This document shows, in pieces, positions 47,253 to 58,310 of a stretch of 64,000 bases of DNA. This DNA comes from Parcubacteria group bacterium M6-OD1-3 (GTDB taxonomy: Bacteria; Patescibacteriota; Minisyncoccia; Moranbacterales; UBA9337), in the NCBI GenBank assembly GCA_003056165.1, contig LSNR01000014.1, forward strand, positions 6,408 to 70,407. The letters run 5' to 3'. Positions within the stretch are counted from its first letter, which is position 1. Every line of letters begins with the position of its first letter. Below the pieces are notes generated by a model. It worked only from the letters and a program-made list of their open reading frames with translations, was not told the origin of the DNA and made no database searches. The position numbers were made by a program, and so were the translations under genes.

Positions 47253-47465
47253 ATGAAGATTATTGTTATATCACAAATTATCGTATCAATTCTTTTAATA
47301 GTATCCATTTTAATGCAAAATCGTGGTTCGGGGTTGAGTGCTGCTCTTGGAGGAGGTATGGGAGGTTATCATACTAAAAGAGGTTTTGAAAAGTTTTTGA
47401 ATAATTCTGCAGTTGTTTTATCAGTAATGTTTATTTTGTTAGCGATAATAAGTGTCTTTCGTTAA
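47253..47465 (+). CDS. secG: preprotein translocase subunit SecG-like small membrane protein
   Basis: TM1, then LMQNRGSGLSAALGGGMGG (the SecG glycine-rich loop), then TM2. Confidence 0.55.
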   Translation: MKIIVISQIIVSILLIVSILMQNRGSGLSAALGGGMGGYHTKRGFEKFLNNSAVVLSVMFILLAIISVFR

Positions 47466-47503
47466 GATTTATAAATTTTAAAATTTAAAGTCGTATTAGT
47501 AAA

Positions 47504-49192
47504 TTGAGTATATTTGCAAAAAGAAATTGGCGTTATGTTTCGAGAGTATTAAACTTTAAAGAAAAAGTTATAATTTTTTCTTTAATATTTTTAGTGTTAG
47601 GCTCTTCTTTCTTTTGGATTGGAAAAATATATTTATCTATGACTAAAGAGGTTCCAAGTCTTGGAGGCACCTATGTCGAAGGAACGGTTGGACAACCAAT
47701 GTATATTAATCCACTTCTATCACAGACCAATGATGTTGATGGAGGTTTAACTCGCCTGATTTATAGTAGTTTGTTGAAATATGATAATGATGGAGAGTTA
47801 GTTGATGATTTGGCAGAAAGATATGATGTTTCGGAAGACGGCAAGGAATATATTTTTTATATTAAAAAAAATATTAAATGGCATGATGGAGAAACATTAA
47901 CGGCGAATGACATTGTGTTTACAATCAATACACTTAGAGATCCATTATTTAAAAGCCCTCTTCGTCAAAATTGGCAGGGAGTTACAATCGAAAAAGTTGA
48001 CGATTATACAGTTAAGTTTATTTTGGAAAAGCCATATTTTGGATTTTTGGAAAATTTAACGGTTGGAATATTGCCAGAACATATTTGGAATAATGTTAAT
48101 TCAGAAAAATTTCCTTTAGCAAAATATAATTTGGAGCCAATTGGAACTGGTCCATATAAGTTTGTTAATTTTCATAAAGATGCTGATGGAAATATTTTAG
48201 ATTATGAGTTAGTATCGTTCGCTGATTATTTTTTTGGAGAACCATATATTTCTAAACTGGCATTTAATTTCTATACGGATAAACAATCAGAGCGAGAAGC
48301 TTATAATAGAAAAGAAATTAATGGAATTAGTAATTTATCTCCAGATAAAAGTAATACCAATGATTTTAGAAAAAATACAAGTATCTATAAATTAGATATC
48401 CCATGGTCATTTACGGTATTTTTTAATAAAACAAAGAATATCGCCTTGGCAAATAAAGAAGTAAGGCTGGCACTTACCTTAGCTACTAATAAAAAAGAGA
48501 TAATTGGGAAGGTTTTGCATAACGAGGCAACAGTAATAAATTCCCCATTTTTTCCTGGAACAAAAGAATATGCTAATAATATCGAACGACCAAAATTTGA
48601 TATTGAAAAGGCGAAGAAATTACTGGAAGATAACGGTTGGAAAGTTGGAGAAAATAATGTACGAGAAAAAGATGAAGTAAAACTTCAATTTACTATATTT
48701 ACCATAAATTCGGCTGATTTAATAAAAACTGTCGATTTGCTGAAAGAGCAATGGAAAAAAATTGGGGCAGATGTTCGTGTAGAGGCCCTGTCATTTTCTG
48801 ATATTCAACAAAATCATATTAGACCAAGAGAATATGATGCTTTACTAGTTGGACAAGATGCTAGTTTTAATGTAGACCCATATTCATTTTGGCATTCTAG
48901 CCAAAAAAGGGATCCTGGATTGAATTGGTCATTATTTGATAATAGTGAAGCAGATAAAATGATTGAAGAAGCTAGGGAAGAAAAGGATAGAAATAAAAGG
49001 ATCGAAAAATATCACAAATTCCAAGAAATTATTGCTCAAGAAGTTCCAGCAATATTCTTATTTTCTCCAAAATATTTATATTTAGTAGAAAGTAATGTTA
49101 AAGGGATAGACATTAAGAAAATCAATTCTCCTCAATGGCGATTTGCTAATGTGGCTAAATGGTATATTGAAACAAAGAGAATTCGAAAATAA
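47504..49192 (+). CDS. ABC transporter substrate-binding protein, family 5 (peptide/nickel, OppA/DppA-like)
   Basis: N-terminal TM/signal anchor. Conserved family-5 SBP blocks (LLKYDNDGELV..LAE, WHDGE.LTA.D). Confidence 0.75.
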   Translation: MSIFAKRNWRYVSRVLNFKEKVIIFSLIFLVLGSSFFWIGKIYLSMTKEVPSLGGTYVEGTVGQPMYINPLLSQTNDVDGGLTRLIYSSLLKYDNDGELVDDLAERYDVSEDGKEYIFYIKKNIKWHDGETLTANDIVFTINTLRDPLFKSPLRQNWQGVTIEKVDDYTVKFILEKPYFGFLENLTVGILPEHIWNNVNSEKFPLAKYNLEPIGTGPYKFVNFHKDADGNILDYELVSFADYFFGEPYISKLAFNFYTDKQSEREAYNRKEINGISNLSPDKSNTNDFRKNTSIYKLDIPWSFTVFFNKTKNIALANKEVRLALTLATNKKEIIGKVLHNEATVINSPFFPGTKEYANNIERPKFDIEKAKKLLEDNGWKVGENNVREKDEVKLQFTIFTINSADLIKTVDLLKEQWKKIGADVRVEALSFSDIQQNHIRPREYDALLVGQDASFNVDPYSFWHSSQKRDPGLNWSLFDNSEADKMIEEAREEKDRNKRIEKYHKFQEIIAQEVPAIFLFSPKYLYLVESNVKGIDIKKINSPQWRFANVAKWYIETKRIRK

Positions 49193-49223
49193 GAGCTTGT
49201 AATAAAAAATAAAAAACAAAATT

Positions 49224-50252
49224 ATGAATGAACTTGATAAGTTTAATCTGAGGAAAGTTATTTTAGATGAGTATTTGCAAATTGAAGAGGGATTAAAATT
49301 GGGACAAGAAATTAAAATCGACGGTGATTTCAAGTCGATTACGGTTTCTGGAATGGGCGGATCGGCTTTACCTGCGGATGTTTTAAAAATTTTAATTGCT
49401 GACAATTTGCAAAGTGATGAAAAAAATGTTTCAAAAAAATATTTTCAAATATATCAAAACAGAAGTTATGGATTACCAATGGAGGCATATGATAATTCGT
49501 TGAATATAATTTGTTCTTACTCTGGAAATACAGAGGAAACAATTGCATCTTTTCAGGAGGCATTAAAAAATGATTTATTATGCGTGGGGATTTCTAACGG
49601 AGGAAAAATCGAAGAAATGTGCAAAGAAAATGGCGTTCCTCATATAAAAATTCCATATCCTTTTGAAAATTTTCAACCAAGAATGGCGACGGGATATTTT
49701 GTTTTTGCCATTTTCAAAATACTGGAAAATTTAGGTGTCGTTAAAAACAATGATGATAATTTTATAAAAGACGCTGATAAATTGAAGGAGAGAACTCTTG
49801 CAATGGAAGAAGATGGAAAAAAACTAGCTAAAAAACTAGTTGGAAAAACGCCGATTATTTATTCAACGGAGCAATTGAAGGCGTTAGCGATGATTTGGAA
49901 AATTAAATTTAATGAAAATTCCAAGACGCCAGCTTTTTGGAATTATTTTCCAGAAGTTAATCATAATGAAATGGTTGGATTTACCAATCCTCAAGCAGAC
50001 TTCTTTTTCATAATGCTTCGCGACAGAGATATTCATCCGCAGATGCTAAAGCGCTTTGAAACTATGTCGAAATTGATGAGTGAAAAGGGGCTGGAAACTG
50101 CGATTGTAAATATAGAAGGAAAGAATGTTTTAGAAAAAATATTCTCGACTCTTTATCTCGGTGATTGGACTTCATATTATTTGGCTTTAGAATACAATAT
50201 TGATCCAACGCCAGTTGAAATGGTTGAAAAATTTAAAAAATTAATTGCTTAA
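49224..50252 (+). CDS. bifunctional phosphoglucose/phosphomannose isomerase (SIS-domain PGI/PMI family)
   Basis: SIS motifs VSGMGGSALPADV and YSGNTEETIASF. Confidence 0.75.
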   Translation: MNELDKFNLRKVILDEYLQIEEGLKLGQEIKIDGDFKSITVSGMGGSALPADVLKILIADNLQSDEKNVSKKYFQIYQNRSYGLPMEAYDNSLNIICSYSGNTEETIASFQEALKNDLLCVGISNGGKIEEMCKENGVPHIKIPYPFENFQPRMATGYFVFAIFKILENLGVVKNNDDNFIKDADKLKERTLAMEEDGKKLAKKLVGKTPIIYSTEQLKALAMIWKIKFNENSKTPAFWNYFPEVNHNEMVGFTNPQADFFFIMLRDRDIHPQMLKRFETMSKLMSEKGLETAIVNIEGKNVLEKIFSTLYLGDWTSYYLALEYNIDPTPVEMVEKFKKLIA

Positions 50253-50361
50253 AACATAAACAATGTTCTGGAATCTAACATGATACGATTAACGTATTAT
50301 ATATGTGTTAGTCGAGTGCGTTTTTATTAATATAATAAAATCTTTAAAAAATTAAAAAACT

Positions 50362-52236
50362 ATGATAACAAAAGAAGAAAAAAAAGCTTTAGCGATAAAG
50401 CTTTTACAAAAAAATATGAATTATAAAAAAAATGAAGAAAGTAAGAATGGAAGAAACAGGAATAATGAAAACAAAAAGCGTAATTATGATTATAAAAACG
50501 CTAAAAATAATCAGCAACGAAATAATAATTTTCGAAATGAGTCTGGTGTAATTAAAACAAAAATTAAAGGATTGCGAATTATTCCTTTAGGCGGTCAAGA
50601 AGAAGTCGGTCGAAATATGACGGTTTTTGAATATAAGAATGACATTGTAATCTTGGATATGGGTTTACAATTTCCAGAAGAGGATATGTTGGGAGTTGAT
50701 TATATTGTACCTGATATTTCATATCTTAAAGGGAAAGAGAAAAATATTCGTGGAGTGATTTTTAGTCATGGACACTTAGATCACATCGGTGCGGCACCAA
50801 TTTTATTGCAACAGTTAAATTACCCGACAGTTGTTGGGCGAGATTTCACTTTGGCGTTGGTTAAACATAAAATGGAAGATCACGAAAAAGATTCAGCAAA
50901 ACGATTGAAAATTATTAATATCAAATCAATCGATCAGAAGATTAGATTGGGAGATTTTAAAATAAGTTTTTTCAAAATAGAACATTCTGTAATGGATGCA
51001 GTTGGTGTCATCTTTGAAACTTCAGAAGGAACGATAATTCATCCTGGGGATTGGACGGTTGGTCGGGACGAAAAAGGAGCTCGGACGATTTCTTATGAAA
51101 ATCTTTCCAAATTACCTCGTCCGACAATTTTAATGTTGGAAAGTCTCGGAGCAACGGATCACACTGAACCGCCATCGGAAAAAAAGATGTATGAAAATCT
51201 AACAGATATTATTGGCTCTGCCAAAGGTAAAACTATTATTGCAACATTTGCCTCACAAGTAGAAAGAATTGGGAAAATATTTGATATTTGTCAACGAGCT
51301 GGAAAGAAAGTTGCACTAGATGGATATAGTATGAAAATGAATGTAGAAATTGCCAGAAAACTGGGATACATTAAGCCAGCAAAAGAAATATTGATTGATA
51401 TTAGGGATATTCATAAATATTCGGATGACAAAGTTGTGGTTATTTGTACAGGGGCACAAGGTGAAGGTAATGCTGTTCTTTCTAGAATGGTGGCTGATAG
51501 CCATCGTTATGTAAGAATTAGTAAGAAAGATACAATAGTATTTTCTTCTTCCGTTATCCCAGGAAATGAGAGAACTATTCAAAGATTGAAAGATAACTTA
51601 TATCGCAAATGTGATAATGTTATTCATACTAATATGATGGATGTTCATATTAGCGGACATTGTAATGCTTCGGATATTCAAGAAATGATAAAACAAGTTA
51701 AACCTGATTACTATATCCCGGTTTATGCTAACCATTATTTCCTTAAAGAAGCTCAAAAACTTGCGATAAAAATTGGATTTAACCCAAAAAATATTTTCAT
51801 TTTGGATAATGGTAGTGTTTTTCAATTGCACAATAAAAAAGCTACATTGACAAAAGAAAGAATAAAAACGGATTACGTTTTTATTGATGGACTCGGTGTC
51901 GGTGATGTCGGACAGGTGGTTTTGAGGGATAGACAAATGTTGGCCGAAGATGGAATGTTTGTAATTACGGTTATTATTGATAGCAAAACTAAAAAAGTTA
52001 TTGGTAATATGCAGATAACTTCTCGAGGATTTATTTATGTAAAAGAAAATTTTGATCTGGTAAATGCCACTAAGGAAGTTGTCAAAAAAGTTGTAAACAA
52101 AAATACCTCTAAGGATAGAAAAGCCAAAATAAATTGGGTCTTAATAAACAATCAAGTTAGAGAAGAAGTTGGAAAATTTTTATTTAAAAAAACTCAGCGA
52201 CGCCCAATGGTCTTGCCGGTAATTGTAGAGGTCTAA
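50362..52236 (+). CDS. rnj: ribonuclease J (metallo-beta-lactamase/beta-CASP) with N/K/R-rich N-terminal extension
   Basis: IIPLGGQEEVGRNMTVFEY, HxHxDH motif VIFSHGHLDHIGAAP, beta-CASP and C-terminal domains. Confidence 0.85.
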   Translation: MITKEEKKALAIKLLQKNMNYKKNEESKNGRNRNNENKKRNYDYKNAKNNQQRNNNFRNESGVIKTKIKGLRIIPLGGQEEVGRNMTVFEYKNDIVILDMGLQFPEEDMLGVDYIVPDISYLKGKEKNIRGVIFSHGHLDHIGAAPILLQQLNYPTVVGRDFTLALVKHKMEDHEKDSAKRLKIINIKSIDQKIRLGDFKISFFKIEHSVMDAVGVIFETSEGTIIHPGDWTVGRDEKGARTISYENLSKLPRPTILMLESLGATDHTEPPSEKKMYENLTDIIGSAKGKTIIATFASQVERIGKIFDICQRAGKKVALDGYSMKMNVEIARKLGYIKPAKEILIDIRDIHKYSDDKVVVICTGAQGEGNAVLSRMVADSHRYVRISKKDTIVFSSSVIPGNERTIQRLKDNLYRKCDNVIHTNMMDVHISGHCNASDIQEMIKQVKPDYYIPVYANHYFLKEAQKLAIKIGFNPKNIFILDNGSVFQLHNKKATLTKERIKTDYVFIDGLGVGDVGQVVLRDRQMLAEDGMFVITVIIDSKTKKVIGNMQITSRGFIYVKENFDLVNATKEVVKKVVNKNTSKDRKAKINWVLINNQVREEVGKFLFKKTQRRPMVLPVIVEV

Positions 52237-52337
52237 TATGTCTGAAAAATTATTTGGTGTTTTTTAAATTCTATTGTAAAATGTTTACAGAGTTTTAAAA
52301 ATAAATATATTTTAAATAAGTATTTTGAAACAACCAA

Positions 52338-52901
52338 ATGAAAAATAAAGACAAACCTTTTGTTCAAGTTGAAAATAATTTTGTTGATCCAACAAAAATA
52401 GTAAAAACACTTGGAATAAAAACGGGGGATAAAATTGCTGACTTTGGCTGTGGTCCAGGATATTTTTCTATTCCAATTGCTAGAGTTGTTGGAGAGGATG
52501 GTGAAGTTTACGCCTTCGATGTGTTGCCTTCCGCATTAGAAGCTTTAGAAAGTCAAGCAAAAATACAAGGAATTGATAATATTGTAATTAAAAGAGTCAA
52601 TCTGGAAAAGTATCAAAGTTCTGAATTAACAGATGAAAGTGTTGATTGGGTTATCCTTAAAAATATTTTATTTCAAAACAATAAAAAGAAAAATATTATA
52701 AAAGAAGCTTATCGTGTATTAAAAAAGGGTGGAAAAGTTCTTATTATGGAGTGGGATAAAAATTTAGCTATGGGCCCAATTCAAAAAAAACGAATAGCCC
52801 CACAAGATTTAATAGAAATAATTGATGAAGAGGGTTTGATTTTTGAGAAACAGATGACTGCCGGTAATTATCACTATATTATAATTGCTGTAAAGCTATA
52901 A
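52338..52901 (+). CDS. class I SAM-dependent methyltransferase
   Basis: Motif I IADFGCGPGYFS, motif II VYAFDV. Confidence 0.7.
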   Translation: MKNKDKPFVQVENNFVDPTKIVKTLGIKTGDKIADFGCGPGYFSIPIARVVGEDGEVYAFDVLPSALEALESQAKIQGIDNIVIKRVNLEKYQSSELTDESVDWVILKNILFQNNKKKNIIKEAYRVLKKGGKVLIMEWDKNLAMGPIQKKRIAPQDLIEIIDEEGLIFEKQMTAGNYHYIIIAVKL

Positions 52902-52941
52902 TGTTTTTAAATTTCATAGAAAAATAAAAATAAAAATAAGT

Positions 52942-54327
52942 ATGCGCAAAATGAAAAAGAAATTTGTAAAAACAATCGTTATATTATTGATGTTTGTTTT
53001 GATAGTACCATTGTTTTCTGGTTGTTCTGAGAAATCATCTAATAAATATAAAATTGATCTTGAAATTTGGGGGGTATTTGATGATAATACCGATTTTGCG
53101 GAAGCTATAAGTGAATATAGAAATATTAATCCTTTTATAGATAAAATAACTTATAAAAAATTTCCAGTTGATGGATATAAAGATGAGATTATTAATGCTT
53201 TGGCTTCAGGAAACGGTCCGGATATTTTCTTGATTAATAACGCTTGGATGCCATCTTATGAAGATAAAGTTGCTTTAGCGCCAAAATATATTTTAAATGA
53301 GCAAGCTTTTCGAGAAAATTTTATTGATATAGTAGCTGATGATTTTATAGGTAAATCTGGTGAAATTTATGGAGCTCCGCTAAGTGTTGATTCTTTGGCC
53401 CTTTACTATAATAAAGATTTACTAAATGCCTCTGGTATAACAGCTCCGCCAGCGACTTGGAGTGAATTAATTGAAGATACTAGAAAAATAACTAAAGTAG
53501 ATGAATTTGGAACTATTTCACAGTCCGGTGTAGCGTTGGGGACAGCTTATAATATCAATAGATCAACGGACATTCTTGATTTATTAATGTTCCAGCAAGG
53601 AGCACAGATGCCCAATAAAAACAACATATCGTTTAAACCAGACTATAATATTGGTGAAAAGGTTATATCTTTCTATACTCAATTTGCTCGGTCTAGCTCG
53701 CCAGCATATTCGTGGAATAAGCAAATGCATTATTCCATAGATGCTTTTTATGAAGGAGATTTGGCAATGATGTTAAATTATTCTTGGCATATAAATACTA
53801 TCAAAAATAAAAATGCTAAATTAAACTTTGCGATTGCTCCAGTTCCACAAATATCAAAGGAGAATCCTGTTGATTATGCAAACTACTGGTCATTTGTGGT
53901 AAATAAAAACAAAAAAATCAAGCAATTGGATGAAAAAAGACCCATCACTGATGAGATTAGAATAGGTGAATCTTGGCAGTTTTTGAAGTTTCTAACTTTT
54001 AAAAATGATGGAAAGTTTCTTTTAATGAATATGAAATCTAAAAAAGTTAAAGAATATCCTGTAATGTTGGATCCAGCCGGAGTTTATTTAAAGGAAACTG
54101 GTAAATTAGCAGCTCGGCGTGATTTAATTGAAAAACAAAAAACAGATCCAGTATTAGGAGCTTTTGCTTATGGGAATTTAATAGCAAAAACTTGGTACAA
54201 AAAAGATTCTAGTCTCATAGAAACTATCTGGGCGAAAGTTATTGATGATGTAAATAATGGAGATATAACTCCTGGACAAGCATTTCAGTTAGTTGTTTCT
54301 AGGATAAGTCAGGTGAATAGAAAATAA
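52942..54327 (+). CDS. extracellular solute-binding lipoprotein (SBP family 1-like)
   Basis: Lipobox LFSGCS after a signal peptide. Periplasmic binding protein-like fold motifs. Confidence 0.55.
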   Translation: MRKMKKKFVKTIVILLMFVLIVPLFSGCSEKSSNKYKIDLEIWGVFDDNTDFAEAISEYRNINPFIDKITYKKFPVDGYKDEIINALASGNGPDIFLINNAWMPSYEDKVALAPKYILNEQAFRENFIDIVADDFIGKSGEIYGAPLSVDSLALYYNKDLLNASGITAPPATWSELIEDTRKITKVDEFGTISQSGVALGTAYNINRSTDILDLLMFQQGAQMPNKNNISFKPDYNIGEKVISFYTQFARSSSPAYSWNKQMHYSIDAFYEGDLAMMLNYSWHINTIKNKNAKLNFAIAPVPQISKENPVDYANYWSFVVNKNKKIKQLDEKRPITDEIRIGESWQFLKFLTFKNDGKFLLMNMKSKKVKEYPVMLDPAGVYLKETGKLAARRDLIEKQKTDPVLGAFAYGNLIAKTWYKKDSSLIETIWAKVIDDVNNGDITPGQAFQLVVSRISQVNRK

Positions 54328-54385
54328 TTATTTACTTATAATATTTAAAAATTTGAAATTTTTTATAGGATAAAAAAACAATAAA

Positions 54386-54889
54386 ATGAATAATAAAACG
54401 AAATTGTTAAATATAATAAAGAAAAGCAAATTGACAAATAAAGAACAGAATGATTTTGGTAAATATTTGAATAGTTTAAGGTTTGATAATTTAGAGCGAA
54501 TGATAAAAATGTTTGGAAATAAATCGAATGAATTAGCTGATTTTTGGTTGAGCTTGAGGACAAGAATTTTTTTACTCCAAGAAATAGATACAAGTAATAA
54601 AATTATAGAAGTAGAAAAAGAAAAAATCAAAAAAAGTATTATAGATATGAATGATGAGGAATTTTATGCTTGTGTCTATACGATGAAGATTGAGGCTAAT
54701 ACGACGAAAGTTGATTTAGATAGGAAAATCAAAAATTTATTAAAAGCAGAAAAAGAAAATCATCAGAAATTTGTAGAAATATCAAATAATTTATTAAGGG
54801 GTATTTTTAAAAAACAAGCAAAAAAAGTGAAGAAGAATGATGAACAAAGATATGAGAATGTACTTAATAAAATTAAAGGATTGAACTAG
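54386..54889 (+). CDS. hypothetical soluble helical protein
   Basis: ORF with no recognised motifs. First gene of a five-gene unknown block. Confidence 0.35.
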   Translation: MNNKTKLLNIIKKSKLTNKEQNDFGKYLNSLRFDNLERMIKMFGNKSNELADFWLSLRTRIFLLQEIDTSNKIIEVEKEKIKKSIIDMNDEEFYACVYTMKIEANTTKVDLDRKIKNLLKAEKENHQKFVEISNNLLRGIFKKQAKKVKKNDEQRYENVLNKIKGLN

Positions 54890-54893
54890 AAAT

Positions 54894-55820
54894 ATGAGAG
54901 ATGAAATAAAAGTTAATAATGATAGTGGCAGAAAATCTTTGGAGCAATTAAATTTTAGCTACCACAAAGAAGTCATCTTCAATCAGAAAATATCTTTAAT
55001 GGATAACAGAAGAATAGAGGAATATGGTATAATTAAAGAATTAAATCAGGAAGTGGAAAACAGTGGGAAAAGAAAAGGTATTATGCGTAGACTTGAAGAG
55101 GTTGCTGGTAAGAATAAACTTTTAAGAGGAGCTATCGTTGCTGGAATACTATTGACAACGGATTCAGCGATTGGTCGAACGGTTATAAATAATAAGGAAG
55201 TCAATAATGCAATGACAAATTTTATACAAGGAATTCGTGTTGAGAAAAAAACTAGTAATGAAGAAATTGATACTCAAAGAAGATTTGTGGAAGGAATAAA
55301 TAATCCAAATAAAGAGAATTTTACTGAAAAAACTGAAAAACAAGAGGAAATAAAGGAAAAATTTGTAGAACCAAAAAAGGGGACATCAGAATATTATCTT
55401 TGGAAGTTAATGCCAGGTACAAAAGAAGAAAAAGAGAAAATAATTAAAGAGCGTCGACGAGAGCAAGTGGAAAAACAATCAGCTAAAGCTTCAGACGAAG
55501 AACAATTAGGAAAAAAAATTAATATAAAAAACGGTAGATTTAATTTACGACCAAGCCAATCTATTCGTCGCATAGTTTCTCCCGAAACAACTTTATATAC
55601 AATTGAGATTCAAAAACAACAGCAAGATTTACGGCAAAAGTTATTAGATAGTAATAACTATAATTTTCCAAAATCTAATATCCACATCAATCCAGATGCT
55701 AGTGTCGGTAATGTAGACGCAAATTCTAGTGCCAGAGTAAGAATTGGTCCGAATGTTCAGGTGGGAAATATAGAAGCGGAAGATAATGCGGACATACAAA
55801 TTGGCACTGCAAGATATTAA
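54894..55820 (+). CDS. hypothetical protein with one TM-like segment and C-terminal V/G/N repeat (NVDANSSARVRIGPNVQVGNIEAEDNADIQIG)
   Basis: The ORF abuts the previous gene's stop, suggesting translational coupling. Confidence 0.35.
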   Translation: MRDEIKVNNDSGRKSLEQLNFSYHKEVIFNQKISLMDNRRIEEYGIIKELNQEVENSGKRKGIMRRLEEVAGKNKLLRGAIVAGILLTTDSAIGRTVINNKEVNNAMTNFIQGIRVEKKTSNEEIDTQRRFVEGINNPNKENFTEKTEKQEEIKEKFVEPKKGTSEYYLWKLMPGTKEEKEKIIKERRREQVEKQSAKASDEEQLGKKINIKNGRFNLRPSQSIRRIVSPETTLYTIEIQKQQQDLRQKLLDSNNYNFPKSNIHINPDASVGNVDANSSARVRIGPNVQVGNIEAEDNADIQIGTARY

Positions 55821-55825
55821 TCACT

Positions 55826-57346
55826 ATGAGTAATAAAAAAGAAAATTCGTTAGCTGAAGGAGATAATAAAGAAAAAGCATCAAAAAATAATTTGGTTGAT
55901 AAATTAAAAGAGATAGATGTAATTGGGAAAGAGGAGGAAAGTATATTGAAATTATTACAAGATGAATTAAACGATTTTAAAAGTGAAGAGTTAGATACGA
56001 AGAAAAAAGAAGGTGGTGTTTTGAGCAATTTGGCGGAAATATACAGGAATAATAAACTGTTAAAGGCTACAATAGTTGGATTAAATATATCAATAATTAT
56101 ACCTGAAGTAGCGATTGCAAAAAATTTAGTAGGAGCTAATGGTTCAATGTTGGAGCTTAAAAGTAGCGACAGTTTAAATTCTGCGACTAAATTGCTCTTG
56201 GAACAATTAAAAATTGGAAAAGTCGACAAGAATTTATTAAATGCCCAAATATCAAGTGTAGATGTTGATAATGTGGAAGCTAATAAGATAGAGGAAAAAC
56301 AAGGATATAAATCTGATGAAGAGGGAGCAAATACTCAAGAAATGCGTGCAGTTATTGATGCAGTTCTTCAACATAAAAAATATCAAGAAAAATTAGTTGA
56401 AAGATATGGTGAAGATGGGGCTAGAGAGTATATCAATAAAATAAAAGAGCAAGAGGATCGAATAATTGGACCAAATGGTGAAGATTGGTATAATGAAGAA
56501 GATGTAAAAAAAGGTGTAATTGTCAATGAACAAAGGAATAGTTCTGATTTTAGATTGGATAAAAGTAAAAAATATACAGTAGAACATACGAGAAAAGAAG
56601 TTATGCAACATATTGGTAGTGAAGATTATCTAAATAAACTAACAAAAGAATTCAATGGTGACGAGAATAGAGCCAGAAAAGAACAGAAAAAAAGAGTAAA
56701 TCGTGTCAAAAATGCCGAAGTGAATATTAAAGCTGAAAGGACTTCAGGAGAGATTTATAATATGCTGAGAAGACAAGCGAATGGAAATATCCCTAAAAAT
56801 ATAGTGGGAAAAGAAAGGAGAAAAATACTAACAAATATAGTTGAATATTATAAAAAATATTTTGCACGGAGAGAATTATACGGTTTTAGTATATTTGATA
56901 ATAGTGAAAAAATTTATATTTTTAAAGATACTCCTAAAGGAGAGAAGTTCGATAATAGTATTAGGCATGAGTTTTTGCATAGTAGCACCCGTGGTGATAA
57001 AAATATTTCAGAAAAGGTGAAAAATATTCTTAGCGAGACATTTCGGTCTAGTAATAGAAGGAAAGAGCGTGTAATGAATGATTATTTATTAGGTAGTTCG
57101 GAGAGACTTGTTAGGAAACAACAGTTAGATTATCAATTAGAAGAGTATGGAATTAAAAAATATGGAGAAAAATTTACTAGAAAGCACTATGATGCTATAA
57201 TGCAAATGTATAATATAGGTGCATTTAGTGAAGATGTAGAACAATTTATAAGAACAACAAAACCTGATTATAAAACATTTAAAGAGATTTTTGACGAAAT
57301 AGCAAAAAATGAAGATGAGAAAAAGCAACAGGAAGGGACAGTATAG
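55826..57346 (+). CDS. hypothetical protein with HExxH (HEFLH) motif; possible zincin-like metallopeptidase
   Basis: IRHEFLHSSTRGD at about aa 380. The N-terminal region is weakly similar to the preceding ORF (NKLL..IV.G segment). Confidence 0.35.
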   Translation: MSNKKENSLAEGDNKEKASKNNLVDKLKEIDVIGKEEESILKLLQDELNDFKSEELDTKKKEGGVLSNLAEIYRNNKLLKATIVGLNISIIIPEVAIAKNLVGANGSMLELKSSDSLNSATKLLLEQLKIGKVDKNLLNAQISSVDVDNVEANKIEEKQGYKSDEEGANTQEMRAVIDAVLQHKKYQEKLVERYGEDGAREYINKIKEQEDRIIGPNGEDWYNEEDVKKGVIVNEQRNSSDFRLDKSKKYTVEHTRKEVMQHIGSEDYLNKLTKEFNGDENRARKEQKKRVNRVKNAEVNIKAERTSGEIYNMLRRQANGNIPKNIVGKERRKILTNIVEYYKKYFARRELYGFSIFDNSEKIYIFKDTPKGEKFDNSIRHEFLHSSTRGDKNISEKVKNILSETFRSSNRRKERVMNDYLLGSSERLVRKQQLDYQLEEYGIKKYGEKFTRKHYDAIMQMYNIGAFSEDVEQFIRTTKPDYKTFKEIFDEIAKNEDEKKQQEGTV

Positions 57347-57400
57347 GATAAACGCAATACTATAAATAATAATTTTAAAAATTAAACAAAAATAAATACT

Positions 57401-58282
57401 ATGGAGAAAAACAATAAAGTCCCAATGGGGATAGTCGTTACATTAATAGTGTTAGTAATAGTACTTATCGGAGTTATGATCGCCTTAATGATAAAGATGA
57501 AAAGCGAAGTAAATAATAATAATATAAATTTTGGTAATGGAACAAGTAGTCTACCTAGAAATACTAAAAATGTTTACAATAATGATGATATGCCAATGAA
57601 CAAAAAAATTATTTTTAATAATTTTTTCAAAATTAAATCTGAAAAGCAAAATAATGCTATAACTAATGTGGCTGGTGAAGAGATATTTACAGGTCCTGAT
57701 CAGGAATATAACCAACCATCAAGTATAGTTTATAATTTTACAGATCCCAATAATCAAGAGAAATATCTTTTTATTGATTTAAATTTATATGATCTACAAT
57801 CTATCGAGAAGTATGAAAATAAAAAATGGGAATATTTTAATGTTCTAGAAGAAGTGAGGGATGTGTTGGGGGGAGAGTCAACACTAAATGAAGATAGTTT
57901 TCAGTCGTCAAATGATTTAATATTTCCATCTATTCCAGCTAGTTGTTCAACACCAACTCATAGTAAATTTATTAAAACAAATTTTTTATCTGGATTTAGA
58001 TTTACAACAAATTGTACTCAAGAATATGCACCTATTAAGACAGTTACATATTTTTTCGATGGATTGAGTAATAATGGTAAGTACCATATTACTTTTGAAT
58101 ATTCAGATCTGAAAGTAAAATCCATAGAACAATATTTTTCAGAAAATCCAGATGAAGAATCGAGTAATGAAGTTAATGTTATAGAAAAAACAACTAATTT
58201 ATTTGAAAATGAAAATGATAATAATTTTACGCCGTCATTACTTAAAATTGATAAATTTATAAAATCTATTCAGTATAAATAA
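57401..58282 (+). CDS. N-terminally membrane-anchored extracytoplasmic protein, hypothetical
   Basis: TM helix IVVTLIVLVIVLIGVMIALMI followed by an N-rich ectodomain. Confidence 0.35.
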   Translation: MEKNNKVPMGIVVTLIVLVIVLIGVMIALMIKMKSEVNNNNINFGNGTSSLPRNTKNVYNNDDMPMNKKIIFNNFFKIKSEKQNNAITNVAGEEIFTGPDQEYNQPSSIVYNFTDPNNQEKYLFIDLNLYDLQSIEKYENKKWEYFNVLEEVRDVLGGESTLNEDSFQSSNDLIFPSIPASCSTPTHSKFIKTNFLSGFRFTTNCTQEYAPIKTVTYFFDGLSNNGKYHITFEYSDLKVKSIEQYFSENPDEESSNEVNVIEKTTNLFENENDNNFTPSLLKIDKFIKSIQYK

Positions 58283-58310
58283 TAATCTTAAAAATTAAAC
58301 AAAAAATATT

